A stretch of 64,000 bases of DNA from Eledone cirrhosa. Taxonomy: Eukaryota. The notes under the pieces are model-generated. The model searched no databases. It was not told the origin of the DNA and was given only the letters and a program-made list of their open reading frames with translations. Of this stretch, positions 25,661 to 39,815 are shown in pieces. Each line of letters opens with the position of its first letter. Position 1 is the first letter of the stretch. The stretch spans positions 98,084,001-98,148,000 of the forward strand of contig OZ024744.1 of NCBI GenBank assembly GCA_964016885.1, written 5' to 3'. Position numbers and translations under genes: made by a program.

Positions 25661-26203
25661 TAGTTGGCGTGAGGATAGGCATCCAGCCATAGAAACCAAG
25701 CCAGAAATAGTTCTGTATGAGCAAGACATGGTCACCTGACCTGACCTGCCTTGGCGATTTATAGCAGAGCAAATTATATGATTTTCACCATTTATGGAGA
25801 GAAAAATCTATCAGTGGGATAATGAAAATCTCAAAACATAACCAAAAATTCTTCATTGGAATACACAATTACACACACATAAACAATACATATTTACATA
25901 TACATGAATATATATGAATATAATTGTAGTTTTTGTGGTAGGTCCAGGTTACAGAGTCATTTCTGAAGAAGACAGTGATTGAACAGGGATTTCAAGACTA
26001 GAAATAGGTAGTAAGTTAACCACTACCATGCTAGTTGATACAATCTATATCCACCAATCAATCGACCCTCTGAAACGATTGTAAAACAATGAACTACCTA
26101 CCTCTAACTTTTGTCTTGTATTGTTCTATGGACAAACACACATTATATATATCTATATATATAAAATTCACAGGAATCAAAGCTATGTTCAAAGCATTTA
26201 TTA

Positions 26204-26248
26204 GCTTACAATTGTTTCATCCAAACCGAGGCTTGGAGTCTTCGGAGC
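26204..26248 (-). ncRNA. Minimal hammerhead (family B, opposite strand)
   Basis: Identical reverse-complement copy in the left arm of the 1.3 kb fold-back. Confidence 0.58.
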
Positions 26249-27386
26249 ATTTTTCAATGTTTGTATACATACATGACCTCCTTTCCAACGCAAGAGACAT
26301 ACAGATACATATGTATATATTGATGTACAGTGGGGTGACATATATATTATTTCTGAATGGCAATTTAAATTCAAAACTTAAAATCATATTAAAACAGAAT
26401 CAAAGCAAAATTAAAATACAACATCAATGCAAATTTAAAATACAATCGGCAGTTAACGTAGATAATGCAAGAGGATAGTTTGTTAGTCAGTTGTAGTAGT
26501 TATTGTATGCATTAGTTACACGTGGGGCATGCACGTGTGTCTTATTTATATATGATTATTGTGCGGCAGGGTGTTATATGTAATACAAGCACTCTTTAAG
26601 CGGTTAATCAAGGGTATTATGGAGGTTGTAGTGGTAAGGTATGTTTTGTGTTCTTTAATCCAATTTTATAGAGCAGGTTGCGAGGATTTACATTGTTTTA
26701 TTATCCGGATAATAAAACGATGTAAATCCTCGCAACAGAAACAACCTGCTCTATAAAATTGGATTAAAGAACACTGAGCCGCAACAAGCTATAATAATTT
26801 AACTTAATACATCAAACATCCAATACGGAATCATCGTTAATTATGTGAAGGACATATAAACTATATATTACGTTTCCTGAATGTGAAAATGGTGGTGTAT
26901 ACAAAAACCATAACATTATTTTACTTCTCATTTATACTATTCTTCGGCGCACAAGCTCCATTATCATATACAAAAAATACCTTACCACTACAACCTCCAT
27001 AATACTCTTGATTAACCGCTTAAAGAGTGCTTGTATTACATATAACACCCTGCCGTACAATAATCATATATAAATAAGACACACGTGCATGCCCCGCGTG
27101 TAACTAATGCATACAATAACTACTACAACTGACTAACAAACTATCCTCTTGCATTATCTACGTACACTGCCGATGTTGTATTTTAATTTTAATTTTGCTT
27201 TGATTCTGTTTTAATGTGATTTTAATTTTTGAATTTAAATTGCCATTCAGAAATATATATCACCCCACTGTACAGTGGGGTGACATATAATATATGTCAC
27301 CCCACTGTACATCAATATATACATATGTATCTGTATGTCTCTTGTGTTGGAAAGGAGGTCATGTATGTATATAAACATTGAAAAAT

Positions 27387-27431
27387 GCTCCGAAGACTCC
27401 AAGCCTCGGTTTGGATGAAACAATTGTAAGC
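27387..27431 (+). ncRNA. Minimal hammerhead with CCGAAGA core variant (family B)
   Basis: GCT CCGAAGA C TCCAAGC CTCG GTTTGGA T GAAA CAATTG TA AGC; stem III is the perfect palindrome ACAATTGT. Confidence 0.6.
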
Positions 27432-27677
27432 TAATAAATGGTTTGAACAGAACTTTGATTCCTGTGAATTCTATATAACTGCTCTGTAGAACAACTGATG
27501 TTATTACATTGAGCTATTTATCTTACTGGTAATAAGGTAGTAATAAATTACTGTCTTTCACTGTTTAGGGTTTAAAATATATATAACTATAAAAAGTTTT
27601 AGTATATACATAACCATAAATAGTATCCTTAATACTATATTTATATATATATATATATATATATATACATGAATATA

Positions 27678-27893
27678 TTAACCCTTTAGCATTTAAACTG
27701 GCCATATCCGGCTAGAATTCTCTCACCTCTTTCTGTTCAAACCGGCCATAACCAGCCACTTATATTCGTATTAAGGTATTGTTCTTAAAATACATGATAT
27801 CAAAATCTCATGGCTCCGATATTATGAGAGATAAAGTCTTTACAGTGAAAATACAATAGTAAATATAGAGTAATGTAAATGCTAAAGGATTAA
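27678..27893. mobile_element. piggyBac-like MITE (other copies: 15448-15962 with two SINEs inside, partial 24800-24960 and 54515-54590)
   Basis: TTAA CCCTTTAGCATTTA ... TAAATGCTAAAGGA TTAA. Confidence 0.7.
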
Positions 27894-27961
27894 AACATAT
27901 CAACAAAACACACAAGTAGAAAAATAAAATAAAATACAATAAAAAATATCAAAATACTCAC

Positions 27962-28015
27962 AAACTCAAGCATGTCAGGAAAATCCATTTCCAACAAGCG
28001 CTTTAGTTCTCGATA
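27962..28015 (-). CDS. SELENOW: SelW coding exon 3 (54 nt) YRELKRLLEMDFPDMLEF
   Basis: aaaatag|TATCGAGAA...CTTGAGTTT|gtgagt, phase 0/0; resembles the SelW L..(D/E)FP..L segment. Confidence 0.9.
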
Positions 28016-28179
28016 CTATTTTATTGAGAAGAAATAAAATACATAGAAATTATTATTTATAATTATATCTATTTCAAAACATTTCAAATCAAAAATTTTG
28101 CAAACAAATGTAAAAACAAAATAATTAATAATTTTAGCAAATTCCTCAAAATTATTCATTGATTAATTAAAATAGGGTG

Positions 28180-28700
28180 TACTATTTTTTCCAGCCTGTG
28201 ATGTTCAAGACATTTGAGGGAGCTGGGCCACTGACAAAGAAGTTTTTGTCATTGTTAGCAGCTTGTCTTACCAAGGTGTCGAGTGATGCCCAGAGGGTGC
28301 CTGGTTCTTTCAACACCTTAGCCTCGCCATCATCATCATCGCCATCATCATCATCATCATCATTTTACACCCGCTTTTCCCTGCTTGCAAGGGTGGGACA
28401 GGTCCTATTCAGCACAGCATCTCTCCATTCATCACGGTCCTTCGTCATCTCCTCGGTGAGTTTCGGCGATCTGAGGTCTGCTCTCACCACCTCCGCCCAT
28501 GGTTTCCGTGGTCTTCCTCTACTGCATCTTCCCTCTACTGGCATTTCTTGGCACTTCTTTACCCAGCAGTCATCCTCCATGCATATCAGATGTCCATACC
28601 ATCTCAGCCTTCTCTCCCACACACTAGTAGTGCTGCGAGCGTGTTGGCTTGCCTCAAAAATTTCCGATGACCCCTTGTGATGTGGTGTGTGGCCAATTGA
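28180..28700 (+). mobile_element. CRE-like 3' fragment interrupted by a minus-strand RTE 3' end (28330-28625)
   Basis: FFQPVMFKTFEGAGPLT resembles the 10246 ORF; the inserted piece encodes RRLRWYGH..GRPRKPW..DRDEWR. Confidence 0.65.
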
Positions 28701-30029
28701 CGCACTTAGTGTTGAATTGATGGGCTTTTTTCTCTCACTTTGATTATATATTTTTGTGTATTATATTTATAAGGTTCCTAGCATTAATTAATTGATTATA
28801 TGTATGTACTTGTATTTAATATTATATATATAGACAACAATAAATAAATAAATAAAATAGAATAAGAAAACATTACAAAAATACAATGGAAGGAAACATA
28901 GAAACATCACTGATGATATCACAGTTGTGTGACGAAAGAACTCTGAGACACTATATTTATAACTGTTGGTCAACATTAATTGATAAACATTAATTGCCAG
29001 CTGAACTAATTATAGAAATACAAAAAAATATACCAAAGCGAAAACCAAACCAAACCAAACCAAACCAAACAGTGAGTGTGTTTTACTGTATTTTTCTGGT
29101 AATATTATATCAACATTAACCTCCCTAAATATGACAACATCTGTTTCAACTCATGATTTCATATCAAAAACCTTACAAAACAAATATATTATCATTTCTT
29201 ATATGATTTTAAAATAAAACTTTTATTATAAATAAAGCCATTATAAATTAAAGCAATAGAAATGCCGATATACCACTAGTGTATTGTTTTATGCAATGCT
29301 ATTAGGTTTGATATATTGCAATGTTATAGGAGAAAATAAACTTAATTTTAAAAAATACTTGGTATTTTAAAATGTGCCTATTGAAGGTACATGGCTTAGT
29401 GGTTAGAGAATTGGAATCACAATCATGAGGCAGCGAGTTTGATTCCTGGACCGTTCTTGAGCAAGACACTTTATTTCACATTGCTCCTTCTTTCTACTAG
29501 GAGTTGCATCTGGTAGATAGTATTAGCAATTGGAAAGATCAATGGAAACATTGTTTTTTGGTCTGATTTGACGAGCTCCACTTCCATTCGGTAAGCGAGT
29601 GAGGTCTTAGATCTTGTTGATTGTTAAAAATAAATAAATAAATAAATAAATAGTGAGTGCTGAATATTGAACCAAGAGTAAAATTAATGAAATCAATATA
29701 CAGGATTAATCAATATTCATTATTTTGAAATTTCATCAATTTCAATTTGAAATGAATTAAATTGATAATTAGGTCAAGCTAACATATTTTTAAAGCAGAA
29801 ATTAGATTTTAAAAAATCTCAAGAGACGGAGAGTGAAAAAAAGATTAACTGGGAAGAGTTCAGAAATATATATATATTCAAAATTTATCAGAATGGTCAG
29901 TCTGATGTCGTTTGTATGTGTGTGTGTATGTGTGTGTGTGTCTATGTATATATATGAATGTATGTACATATGTATTTATGCATGTATGTGTGTATGTATA
30001 TAGTTATGATATATGTTTGTATATATGTA

Positions 30030-33000
30030 TATATGAGATACAAGGACAGCATCAAGAACAACCTCAAAGAGCTGACATTTGATAAAGACAACTGGGAGGA
30101 GATAGCTTTAAATAGGGCTGAGTGGAGAAAGTACATAAAGGGCAGTTGCAAAACTTTTGAGGAATGTCGTCTAGAACATAAACAACTGAAGTGTCAGCTC
30201 CGGAAGGGCTGTGGACACAGTCTAGATGAAGTCATCAGTAGCTGGACATGTAATTTCTACCAGTGTGTACTCCTCTCAAAGGCTGGCTATGTTAATCACC
30301 TGAAGTCATCAGTAGTCAGACATGTAATTTCTACCAGTGTGTACTCCTCTCAAAGGCTGGCTATGTTAATCACCTGGAGTCATCAGTAGCTGGACATGTA
30401 ATTTCTACCAGTGTGTACTCCTCTCAAAGGCTGGCTATGTTAATCACCTGGAGTCATCAGTAGTAGGACATGTAATTTCTACCAGTGTGTACCCCTCTCA
30501 ATGGCTGGTTATGTTAATCACCTGGAGTCATCAGTAGTAGGACATGTAATTTCTACCAGTGTGTACTCCTCTCAAAGGCTGGCTATGTTAATCACCTGGA
30601 GTCATCAGTAGTAGGACATGTAATTTCTACCAGTGTGTACCCCTCTCAATGGCTGGTTATGTTAATCACCTGAAGTCATCAATAGCTGGACATGTAATTT
30701 CTACCAGTGTGTACTCCTCTCAAAGGCTGGTTATGTTAATCACCTGGAGTCATCAATAGCTGGACAGGTAATTTCTACCAGTGTGTACTCCTCTCAAAGG
30801 CTGGCTATGTTAATCACCTGAAGTCATCAGTAGTCAGACATGTAATTTCTACCAGTGTGTACTCCTCTCAATGGCTGGCTATGTTAATCACCTGAAGTCA
30901 TCAGTAGCTGGACATGTAATTTCTACCAGTGTGTACTCCTCTCAAAGGCTGGCTATGTTAATCAGCTGGAGTCATCAGTAGCTGGACATGTAATTTCTAC
31001 CAGTGTGTACTCCTCTCAAAGGCTGGTTATGTTAATCACCTGAAGTCATCAGTAGCTGGACATGTAATTTCTACCAGTGTGTACTCCTCTCAATGGCTGG
31101 TTATGTTAATCACCTGAAGTCATCAGTAGCTGGACATGTAATTTCTACCAGTGTGTACTCCTCTCAATGGCTGGCTATGTTAATCACCTGAAGTCATCAG
31201 TAGTCAGACATGTAATTTCTACCAGTGTGTACTCCTCTCAAAGGCTGGCTATGTTAATCACCTGGAGTCATCAGTAGTTGGACATGTAATTTCTACCAGT
31301 ATGTACTCCTCTCAATGGCTGGTTATGTTAATCAGCTGGAGTCATCAGTAGTCAGACATGTAATTTCTACCAGTGTGTACTCCTCTCAAAGGCTGGTTAT
31401 GTTAATCACCTGGAGTCATCAGTAGTAGGACATGTAATTTCTACCAGTGTGTACCCCTCTCAAAGGCTGGCTATGTTAATCACCTGAAGTCATCAGTAGT
31501 CAGACATGTAATTTCTACCAGTGTGTACTCCTCTCAAAGGCTGGTTATGTTAATCACCTGAAGTCATCAGTAGTCAGACATGTAATTTCTACCAGTGTGT
31601 ACTCCTCTCAAAGGCTGGTTATGTTAATCACCTGAAGTCATCAGTAGTCAGACATGTAATTTCTACCAGTGTGTACTCCTCTCAAAGGCTGGTTATGTTA
31701 ATCACCTGAAGTCATCAGTAGTCAGACATGTAATTTCTACCAGTGTGTACTCCTCTCAAAGGCTGGTTATGTTAATCACCTGAAGTCATCAGTAGTCAGA
31801 CATGTAATTTCTACCAGTGTGTACCCCTCTCAAAGGCTGGCTATGTTAATCACCTGAAGTCATCAGTAGTCAGACATGTAATTTCTACCAGTGTGTACTC
31901 CTCTCAAAGGCTGGTTATGTTAATCACCTGAAGTCATCAGTAGTCAGACATGTAATTTCTACCAGTGTGTACTCCTCTCAAAGGCTGGTTATGTTAATCA
32001 CCTGAAGTCATCAGTAGTCAGACATGTAATTTCTACCAGTGTGTACTCCTCTCAAAGGCTGGTTATGTTAATCACCTGAAGTCATCAGTAGTCAGACATG
32101 TAATTTCTACCAGTGTGTACTCCTCTCAAAGGCTGGTTATGTTAATCACCTGGAGTCATCAGTAGTAGGACATGTTATTTCTACCAGTGTGTACTCCTCT
32201 CAAAGGCTGGTTATGTTAATCACCTGGAGTCATCAGTAGCTGGACATGTAATTTCTACCAGTGTGTACTCCTCTCAAAGGCTGGCTATGTTAATCACCAG
32301 AAGTCATCAGTAGCTGGACATGTAATTTCTACCAGTGTGTACTCCTCTCAAAGGCTGGCTATGTTAATCACCAGAAGTCATCAGTAGTCAGACATGTAAT
32401 TTCTACCAGTGTGTACTCCTCTCAAAGGCTGGTTATGTTAATCACCTGAAGTCATCAGTAGCTGGACATGTAATTTCTACCAGTGTGTACTCCTCTCAAA
32501 GGCTGGCTATGTTAATCACCTGGAGTCATCAGTAGCTGGACATGTAATTTCTACCAGTGTGTACTCCTCTCAAAGGCTGGCTATGTTAATCACCTGGAGT
32601 CATCAGTAGTTGGACATGTAATTTCTACCAGTGTGTACTCCTCTCAAAGGCTGGTTATGTTAATCACCTGGAGTCATCAATAGTTGGACATGTAATTTCT
32701 ACCAGTGTGTACTCCTCTCAAAGGCTGGCTATGTTAATCACCTGAAGTCATCAGTAGCTGGACATGTAATTTCTACCAGTGTGTACTCCTCTCAAAGGCT
32801 GGTTATGTTAATCACCAGAAGTCATCAGTAGCTGGACATGTAATTTCTACCAGTGTGTACTCCTCTCAAAGGCTGGCTATGTTAATCACCAGAAGTCATC
32901 AGTAGTCAGACATGTAATTTCTACCAGTGTGTACTCCTCTCAAAGGCTGGCTATGTTAATCACCTGAAGTCATCAGTAGCTGGACATGTAATTTCTACCA

Positions 33001-33725
33001 GTGTGTACTCCTCTCAAAGTCTGGCTATGTTAATCACCTGAAGTCATCAGTAGCTGGACATGTAATTTCTACCAGTGTGTACTCCTCTCAAAGGCTGGTT
33101 ATGTTAATCACCTGGAGTCATCAGTAGCTGGACATGTAATTTCTACCAGTGTGTACTCCTCTCAAAGGCTGGTTATGTTAATCACCTGGAGTCATCAATA
33201 GTTGGACATGTAATTTCTACCAGTGTGTACTCCTCTCAAAGGCTGGTTATGTTAATCACCTGAAGTCATCAGTAGCTGGACATGTAATTTCTACCAGTGT
33301 GTACCCCTCTCAAAGGCTGGTTATGTTAATCACCTGAAGTCATCAGTAGCTGGACATGTTATTTCTACCAGTGTGTACTCCTCTCAATGGCTGGCTATGT
33401 TAATCACCTGGAGTCACATGAAAGGATAACTACCCACAACACCACTCAACAAAGACCTGGTGAAACAACGTGTGTGATATGCTACAAAGTGTGTAGAACT
33501 AATTCTAGTTCCAGACTAAAAAGACACATGGAGGTACATAGAGATTGTGTCCTACAAGGTGACACTACCAGTCCTGTGGAAAGCACAACTCTATTCTGTC
33601 ACCTGTGTTGTAAACCATGCAGCAGGTCTACAGCTGGCCTACAAAGTTATGGACAGGGATAAGATGACAATGAAGAATCAGTAAGAGACGGCAATCGTCT
33701 GTAAAGATGCTGCAAGCATCATATA
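30030..33725 (+). mobile_element. RTE/BovB-like LINE 3' end with C2H2-like fingers, split by the 74-bp satellite
   Basis: RYKDSIKNNLK..WEEIALNRAEWR before the array; AGYVNHLESH..CVICYKVC..LKRHMEVH..CHLCCKPC after it. Confidence 0.75.
30227..33417. repeat. 74-bp tandem satellite, ~43 copies, derived from a LINE zinc-finger segment
   Basis: Unit tgaagtcatcagtagctggacatgtaatttctaccagtgtgtactcctctcaaaggctggctatgttaatcacc. Confidence 0.95.
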
Positions 33726-35029
33726 TGTATTTATGTATAGGTCTCTCTCTTTCTCTCTATGAAATCGGATGTGTCCAGACATGGAAAGGGATGGATTTCA
33801 CTAGGTTTAAAATACCCAAGACACACCTATATATGTCAGGACAACATTCCCATAACTCCACTAAATCAGTACTGAAGTGAAGCCACTGATTTCCCAGGTA
33901 AGCCAGGGACTTGTGTCTCGCTTGTGTATGGTCTGACTTAATATATATATAGTGTGGTCTCTGTAGCACAGTGTTTGTTCTAAAGAGAAAGCTTGCTCAC
34001 CATATAACACCTGGATTATGAGGCATTATATTTGCTGTTCATGGGTAAAAAAAGGTGTAATGTTGTAGGTGTGTTTATTGTAGGTATGTTTATTTTGATA
34101 TAAGTAGAGAATTCTTAATTTTTGTCAAAGACATGACAACCGCTTTAATGCTGGTGATTTACACGATAAAATGAACCCAGTACACTCAGTAAGGTGGTTG
34201 GTGATAGAGAATGTATCCAGCAGTAGAAAACATACCAAAAAAAGGCTTGGAAGGACTCTTCTACTGTGTTAAAGAAATGGCAACCTCCCTAGTGTGGTGA
34301 CATGATAAAATACACCCAATACACTGTGTCAAGTGGTTTGTGATAGGAAGGGTATCCAACCATAGAAAACATGCCAAATAGAGGACTCTTCCATTAAGTC
34401 CAAGATATGACAACCTTCCTAGTAGAGTGCCATATTAAAATGCACCCGAGGGTCCTTGTGGAGTGCAGGAAAAAAAAAAAAATAATAATGAAATTATTGT
34501 GTACAGTACTCAGGTGCACTACAACTCATCAAAGGTGCATGTATAGTACATAGAATAATGTACAAATGTCAGGAAAATGAACAGCTTACGAGTCATGAAA
34601 TACATGTGCATGTGTATGGAGGGAGGGGGGGGGGGTATTGAATGCGTGTAAAAGTCCAAGACATGACAACCTTCCTAGTATGGTGCTATATTAAAATGCA
34701 CCCAAGGGTGCCTGTGGAGTGCAGGAACATATGTAAATGAGATGGACACTTGCAGCCTATCTAAGAGGTTGGTGTCAGGTGATTAAGTATAGTACTCTCT
34801 TCATCTGTAACAACCTATCCAACCCTTGCTAGCAGCAACGTTAAATGGTGATGATTAATGTGCTACATCATCATTATCATCATCGTTTAACATCTATTTT
34901 CCACTCTAGCATGGGTTAGATATGTTGTCCCATTAGAAGCATGTTGAGTAAGGTGACCATGACTTGCTTAACAGAACTGATTTTGGCTAGGTTTCTACGG
35001 CTGGATGCCCTTCCTAACACCAACCACAT

Positions 35030-35490
35030 TTACAGTGTGGACTGGGTGCTTTTTATTGTGACACCTACACAACCACTTCACAGTGTGGACTGGAGAGCTT
35101 TTGTCATGTCACCTACCAAACCACATTTACAGTGTGGGCTGGGCACTTTTTGTTGTGACACCTACACTATCACTTTACAGTATGGGTTGGGTGCTTTTTT
35201 GTTGACACCAACATAACCATGTTTACAGTGTGTGCTAGGTGCTTTATGTTGTAACACTGCCGTGACTGACCACTTTACAATGTGGGCTGGGTACTTTTTG
35301 TTGTGACACTGACACGACCACTGTATAGTGTAGGCTGGGTACTTTTTGTTGTAACCTACACGACCACTTTACAGTGTGGGTTGGGTACTTTTTGTTGTGC
35401 ACAAACCACTTTACAGTGTGGGCTGGGTGTTTTTTGTTGTAACCTACACAAACCACTTTACAGTGTGGCTGGGTAGTATTTGTTGTACAC
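35030..35490. repeat. 48-bp minisatellite in an RTE 3'UTR module (minus orientation)
   Basis: Same unit, diverged. Confidence 0.8.
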
Positions 35491-35974
35491 ATTAAATACA
35501 TTTGGTTTCATATTTGGGTTTTGTACTGTCATAAATTCTAGAGCCAATAGTACAAGTATGAGCAATTTATTGTAATATCTTCTACGATTAAAACAAAACA
35601 GATATGATTCTATCGCATTACAAAATGTGTATTATGTCTGATTATAGATGAAAAAAAATATTTAGGTCAGCGTGACCTAATAGTTAAAATTAAACATACG
35701 CTATATGGCAACTTACCTAGTGTGGTGACATGATAAAATACACCCAATATACTGTCAAGTGGTTTGTGATAGGAAGGGTATCCAGCCATAGAAAACATGA
35801 CAAACAAAGAATAGAGAGGACTTTTCAGTTAAGTCCAAGACATATATATATTATCATCATTATCATCATCACCCGAGGTTAACTTTGCCTTTCATCCTTA
35901 CGGGGTCGATAAAATAAAGTACCAGTAATTCACTAGAATCATTGCTGGCCTTGTGCCAAAAGTAGAAACAATTA

Positions 35975-38690
35975 TCATCATCACCTTTTAACATCCATTT
36001 TCCATTTTAGCATGGGTTAGACAAGTTGTCCCGTTGTGAGACAAGTCAGATCAGAAGACAGTGTCTTCCTCATACAAACCTCTGGTTTGATTTCTATAGC
36101 TGATTGCCCTTCCTAGTGCCAACCACATTTACAGCATGGACTGGGTACTTTTTCACCGTGTCAACAGCATGACCATCTTACAGGAAGGACCAGGTGCTTT
36201 TTGTCATTTCACCAGCACAACCATCCTAGAGGGAGGGCTGCGTGCTTTTTGTTGTGTCACCAACACGACCACTTTATGGGGTGGACTGGGTGCTTTTTGT
36301 TGTATCATCAACACAACCACGTTACAGAGTGAGCTGGGTGCTTTTTATCATATCATCAACACGATCACTTTATGGGGTGGACTGGGTGCTTTTTGTTGTG
36401 TCATCAACATAAGCACGTTACAGCATGGACTGAGTGTTTATTTATCATGACATCACTTCTTACAGGGTGGACTAAGAGTGTTTAGCTATTTCAACAGCAT
36501 TGTGGGAGAGAGTGTCCAGCTTTCCATGCCTGGGTGTATTGGTTAAACAAAAGGTGTATCAAATGTGAAAGGGGGGGGGGGGTATGTGTATGTAGTATGG
36601 GGATTGGAAAAGTATGTCTAAGGCGGGGTACTTAGCTGGTAAAAGGTGAAGTGTTAAGACATGGGAGGTTTATGGATGGAGAAAATACTAATACCCTCAA
36701 TATGTCTGCTTTATCTCATGCACATGAGATGGTAGGTCTTCCATAGTACTGTATATCGCCAGAGATCTCGGTACTGTGTCATTGTCTTTGAGAGGTTGAA
36801 TTGTGCAAGATCAGTTTTTATCACTTCATCCCAACATTTCTTAGGTCTTCTATAGTTTCCATTAACTTTGAGAGTCCAGCACCTTTTTATACGGCTCTTT
36901 TCCTCCATATGCAACACATGTCCACAATCTCTTCTACACACAGCATCTGTCCCCTCTTATGCCCAGTTTCTCTCTCTCTCTCTCTTAGTTATTTACGCTT
37001 TGCTGTTCATGTATTCTACTATTACACATCCATGAGAGTATGCAAGTTTCATGTCTTTCCAATCTTCGTAGGTCCTCTGCATACAGTACCTAGCTCCCCT
37101 GTTCATACACATGCATCATAAAATGTGCCCTTCATTTTGAGGTGAAAACGTTTTGTGACTAGCAGTAATAGTAACTCCCTGAACTTTCTCCATCCAGTTC
37201 TTACTCTGGCTACTGTACTTTCATAATACCCACCGCCACTGCTAATTTGGTTAACCAGGTAACAGAGGCTGTCAACTTCTGTCAACTATTTCTATGGAAC
37301 CTCAAAGAATTCAATAGAACTAGCTTCCTGTGAGCACTTGCTGCTTACTGCTCCTGTGCATCAACCACACCTGAGATCCCACTACATCTCTTGTGTACCC
37401 AGAGTTTACATTTGGGAGGGGACATAGGATGACTCCTTTTCTGCACACAGGCCATTTCATTGGAGGGATTAGGTCCCTGTTTTAATTTCTACTTACTAGG
37501 ATTTTAGTCTTTGTCAAGTTTGATTCCAAGTCATGCTTCCAGACCACAAATTTTTTTTTTTTTCGTAATTCTGTCATAGATTCAGCTAAAAAGCATGGGC
37601 AGCCTGTTTGAAACTTTTGTTATAGCCTAGAGGATGATAATAAACAGGAGAGAGCTAAAAATGGAGCCCTGATGGACCCCTACTTACATACTAAACTTCA
37701 CTATAATCATTATTAATTTTAACCTTGCTGACTGCTCCTCTGTACATGGCTACCCCTAGTTTCTTAAGCACCCACCAGATTGTGGAATAGAGGACTGTCA
37801 AATGTTTTCTCCAGGTCAACATGTGTCAAGTAGAGGGGTTTACCTTTTGCTAGGTACTTCTGCAGTTGCTTTATAAGGAAGAGAGCATCCGTGGTACTTT
37901 TATCTGGCACAAATCTGAACTACAATTCATCTAAGTTAATTTGATCTTTAATCAGTTGTAGAATTAATCTTTCTGTAAGTTTCATGACTTAGTTCATCAA
38001 TATGATGCCTTGGTAATTTCCTCTAGTTTAGTGCATCACCTTTGCCTTCGTGATATTGATGCTGCTAAACCAATCATTAGGTATAGTACTGTTTTGTATT
38101 ACTTGGGTGGTTATGGTGTGGCCAACCAACCCAGATGCTTTCAGCATCACAGCAACTATTCCCAATGGCCCAGCTGCTTTGCCTGCCTTCATATCCTTAA
38201 TTGCCTTACATACTACACTGCTGCTGACTTGTACAGGTCTTCCATCTGTTGGGCCCACTTAGGGCAGACTATCTTCCTCCCGTGCATTCTCATCATTTAT
38301 CAGTCTTTCATAATGTCACTTCCATATTGGCTTCTTTTCAGCATCGGTGAGGACAAGGACACCATTGTCATCTTGCACACACCTCTCCCCACAACAACAT
38401 CACAATTTTCCCTGATACACCGCCTTGCGCTCCTGAACATCTCACGTTTCTGTTCCTCACATCACAAAACATGCATAAACCTTTTAATTTATCTTCTTCC
38501 CTCTTTGCAAAGTATACTTGTTGCTTAGCTTCTCTCTTTCCATGCTTATTTCTTGTTATTCCTGCCTTAATTGTTTCTATCCATCCTTCTATTCCACCAC
38601 CAACTCACTCTTCTACTCCCTGGGGCTCTGCTTCAGTCACAGGTCTTTTTTTTTTGTCACCTTCAGCAAATTATCTTTCAGGAACAGTGG
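35975..38690 (-). mobile_element. Long decayed RTE LINE (RT through 3'UTR minisatellite and tail)
   Basis: ORF remnants 38028-38258, 37103-37285 and 36711-36941 are collinear with the 40735-42272 and 14145 copies. Confidence 0.8.
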
Positions 38691-39815
38691 AAGTTCATCA
38701 TCATCATTATCATCATTATCATCATTATCATCATCATCATCGTTTAATAGATGTTAAACAATGATGATGATGATGTTGAACTACCACCGCCTCCTCTATA
38801 TTGTATGTCTCTATTTGTTCTTCCTTATTGTCGTAAGCACCAAACAAAATACCTCTAAATTTGTTACTGGCTGAGGGCACCTTCACATTCCTTCTCTTTC
38901 GTCTCCATGTTGCCCTCTGTCTCTCTCCAACTTCATCTAGCTCTAACCATGAAGTCGCAAACTTCTAGGTTATGTCGGGAGGTTCATTCATCACTAAAGA
39001 GGAACTTTGTGCTTACAACTGTCATTCTATATCATCTTCTGGTGCAGATAAAATCTATCTGACTGGCATGGCCACCTGATCTATAGGCGATCAGGTGGCG
39101 TGTCAGATTTTTTTGATATTTGCATTACATGCACTTGATAGGTTTGATGCTGAGTGCTGCACAGTTGCGAAGACCGAGATACTTGTCCTCTAAATGAAGC
39201 CTATGCAGCACATTCTACTTTTGAATGGAGTTTCACTGAAGCAGGTGGAGAGGTTAAAGTATATCGGGGATGTATTCAAATGTGATGGAAGGCATGAGGC
39301 TGAATTAAGTGCAAGAATTGCAGGAGCTGGTGCAGAGAGATCAAAGAGTCATTCCAAGTAGAGTTGCTATTTCTCTAAAAAATAAAAAATTTAAAAAAAA
39401 AAATAAAAAATTTAAAAAAAAAAATAAAAAAAAAAAAATATAAAAAAAAAAAAAAAAAAATCGCTGGACAGATTTTGTGGGTAAGACCAACTAGCCGGAG
39501 AACAAAGGGTAGACCTTGAGCAAGTTTGTTGGATAAGATACATGAGTTCAACTGGTCTCACTTGAGGATCCAGCCAAATCAATTGGAGACAGAGACTGTA
39601 AGAAGTATCTGAGGGCTCTGCCTCCACAAGACGACAACAAAAAAGAAAAAGAAGACAACAAAAAAGAAAAAGAAGACGAAAAGAAAAAGAAAAAGAAGGC
39701 GAAGAAGAAGAAGAAACCGACAAAGAAAATGAAGAAGACAACAATGACCCTAACAACTGTCAATTAATCACCTTAGAGAGTCAAATACAAGAATATATAC
39801 AAACGGATTTCTTAC

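Larger units (their letters stand above)
26150..27575. mobile_element. Large fold-back element (arms ~26150-26648 and ~26972-27478) with a nested palindrome at 26648-26774
   Basis: About 500-bp inverted arms, each with a family B hammerhead. Confidence 0.75.

Noticed and set aside
1696-33417. Tandem arrays as CRISPR arrays
   Set aside because: The monomers are head-to-tail with no unique spacers, there are no cas genes, and the context is eukaryotic.
33387-33662. Host C2H2 zinc-finger gene
   Set aside because: It is continuous with an RTE-type C-terminus across the satellite, and the fingers are decayed.
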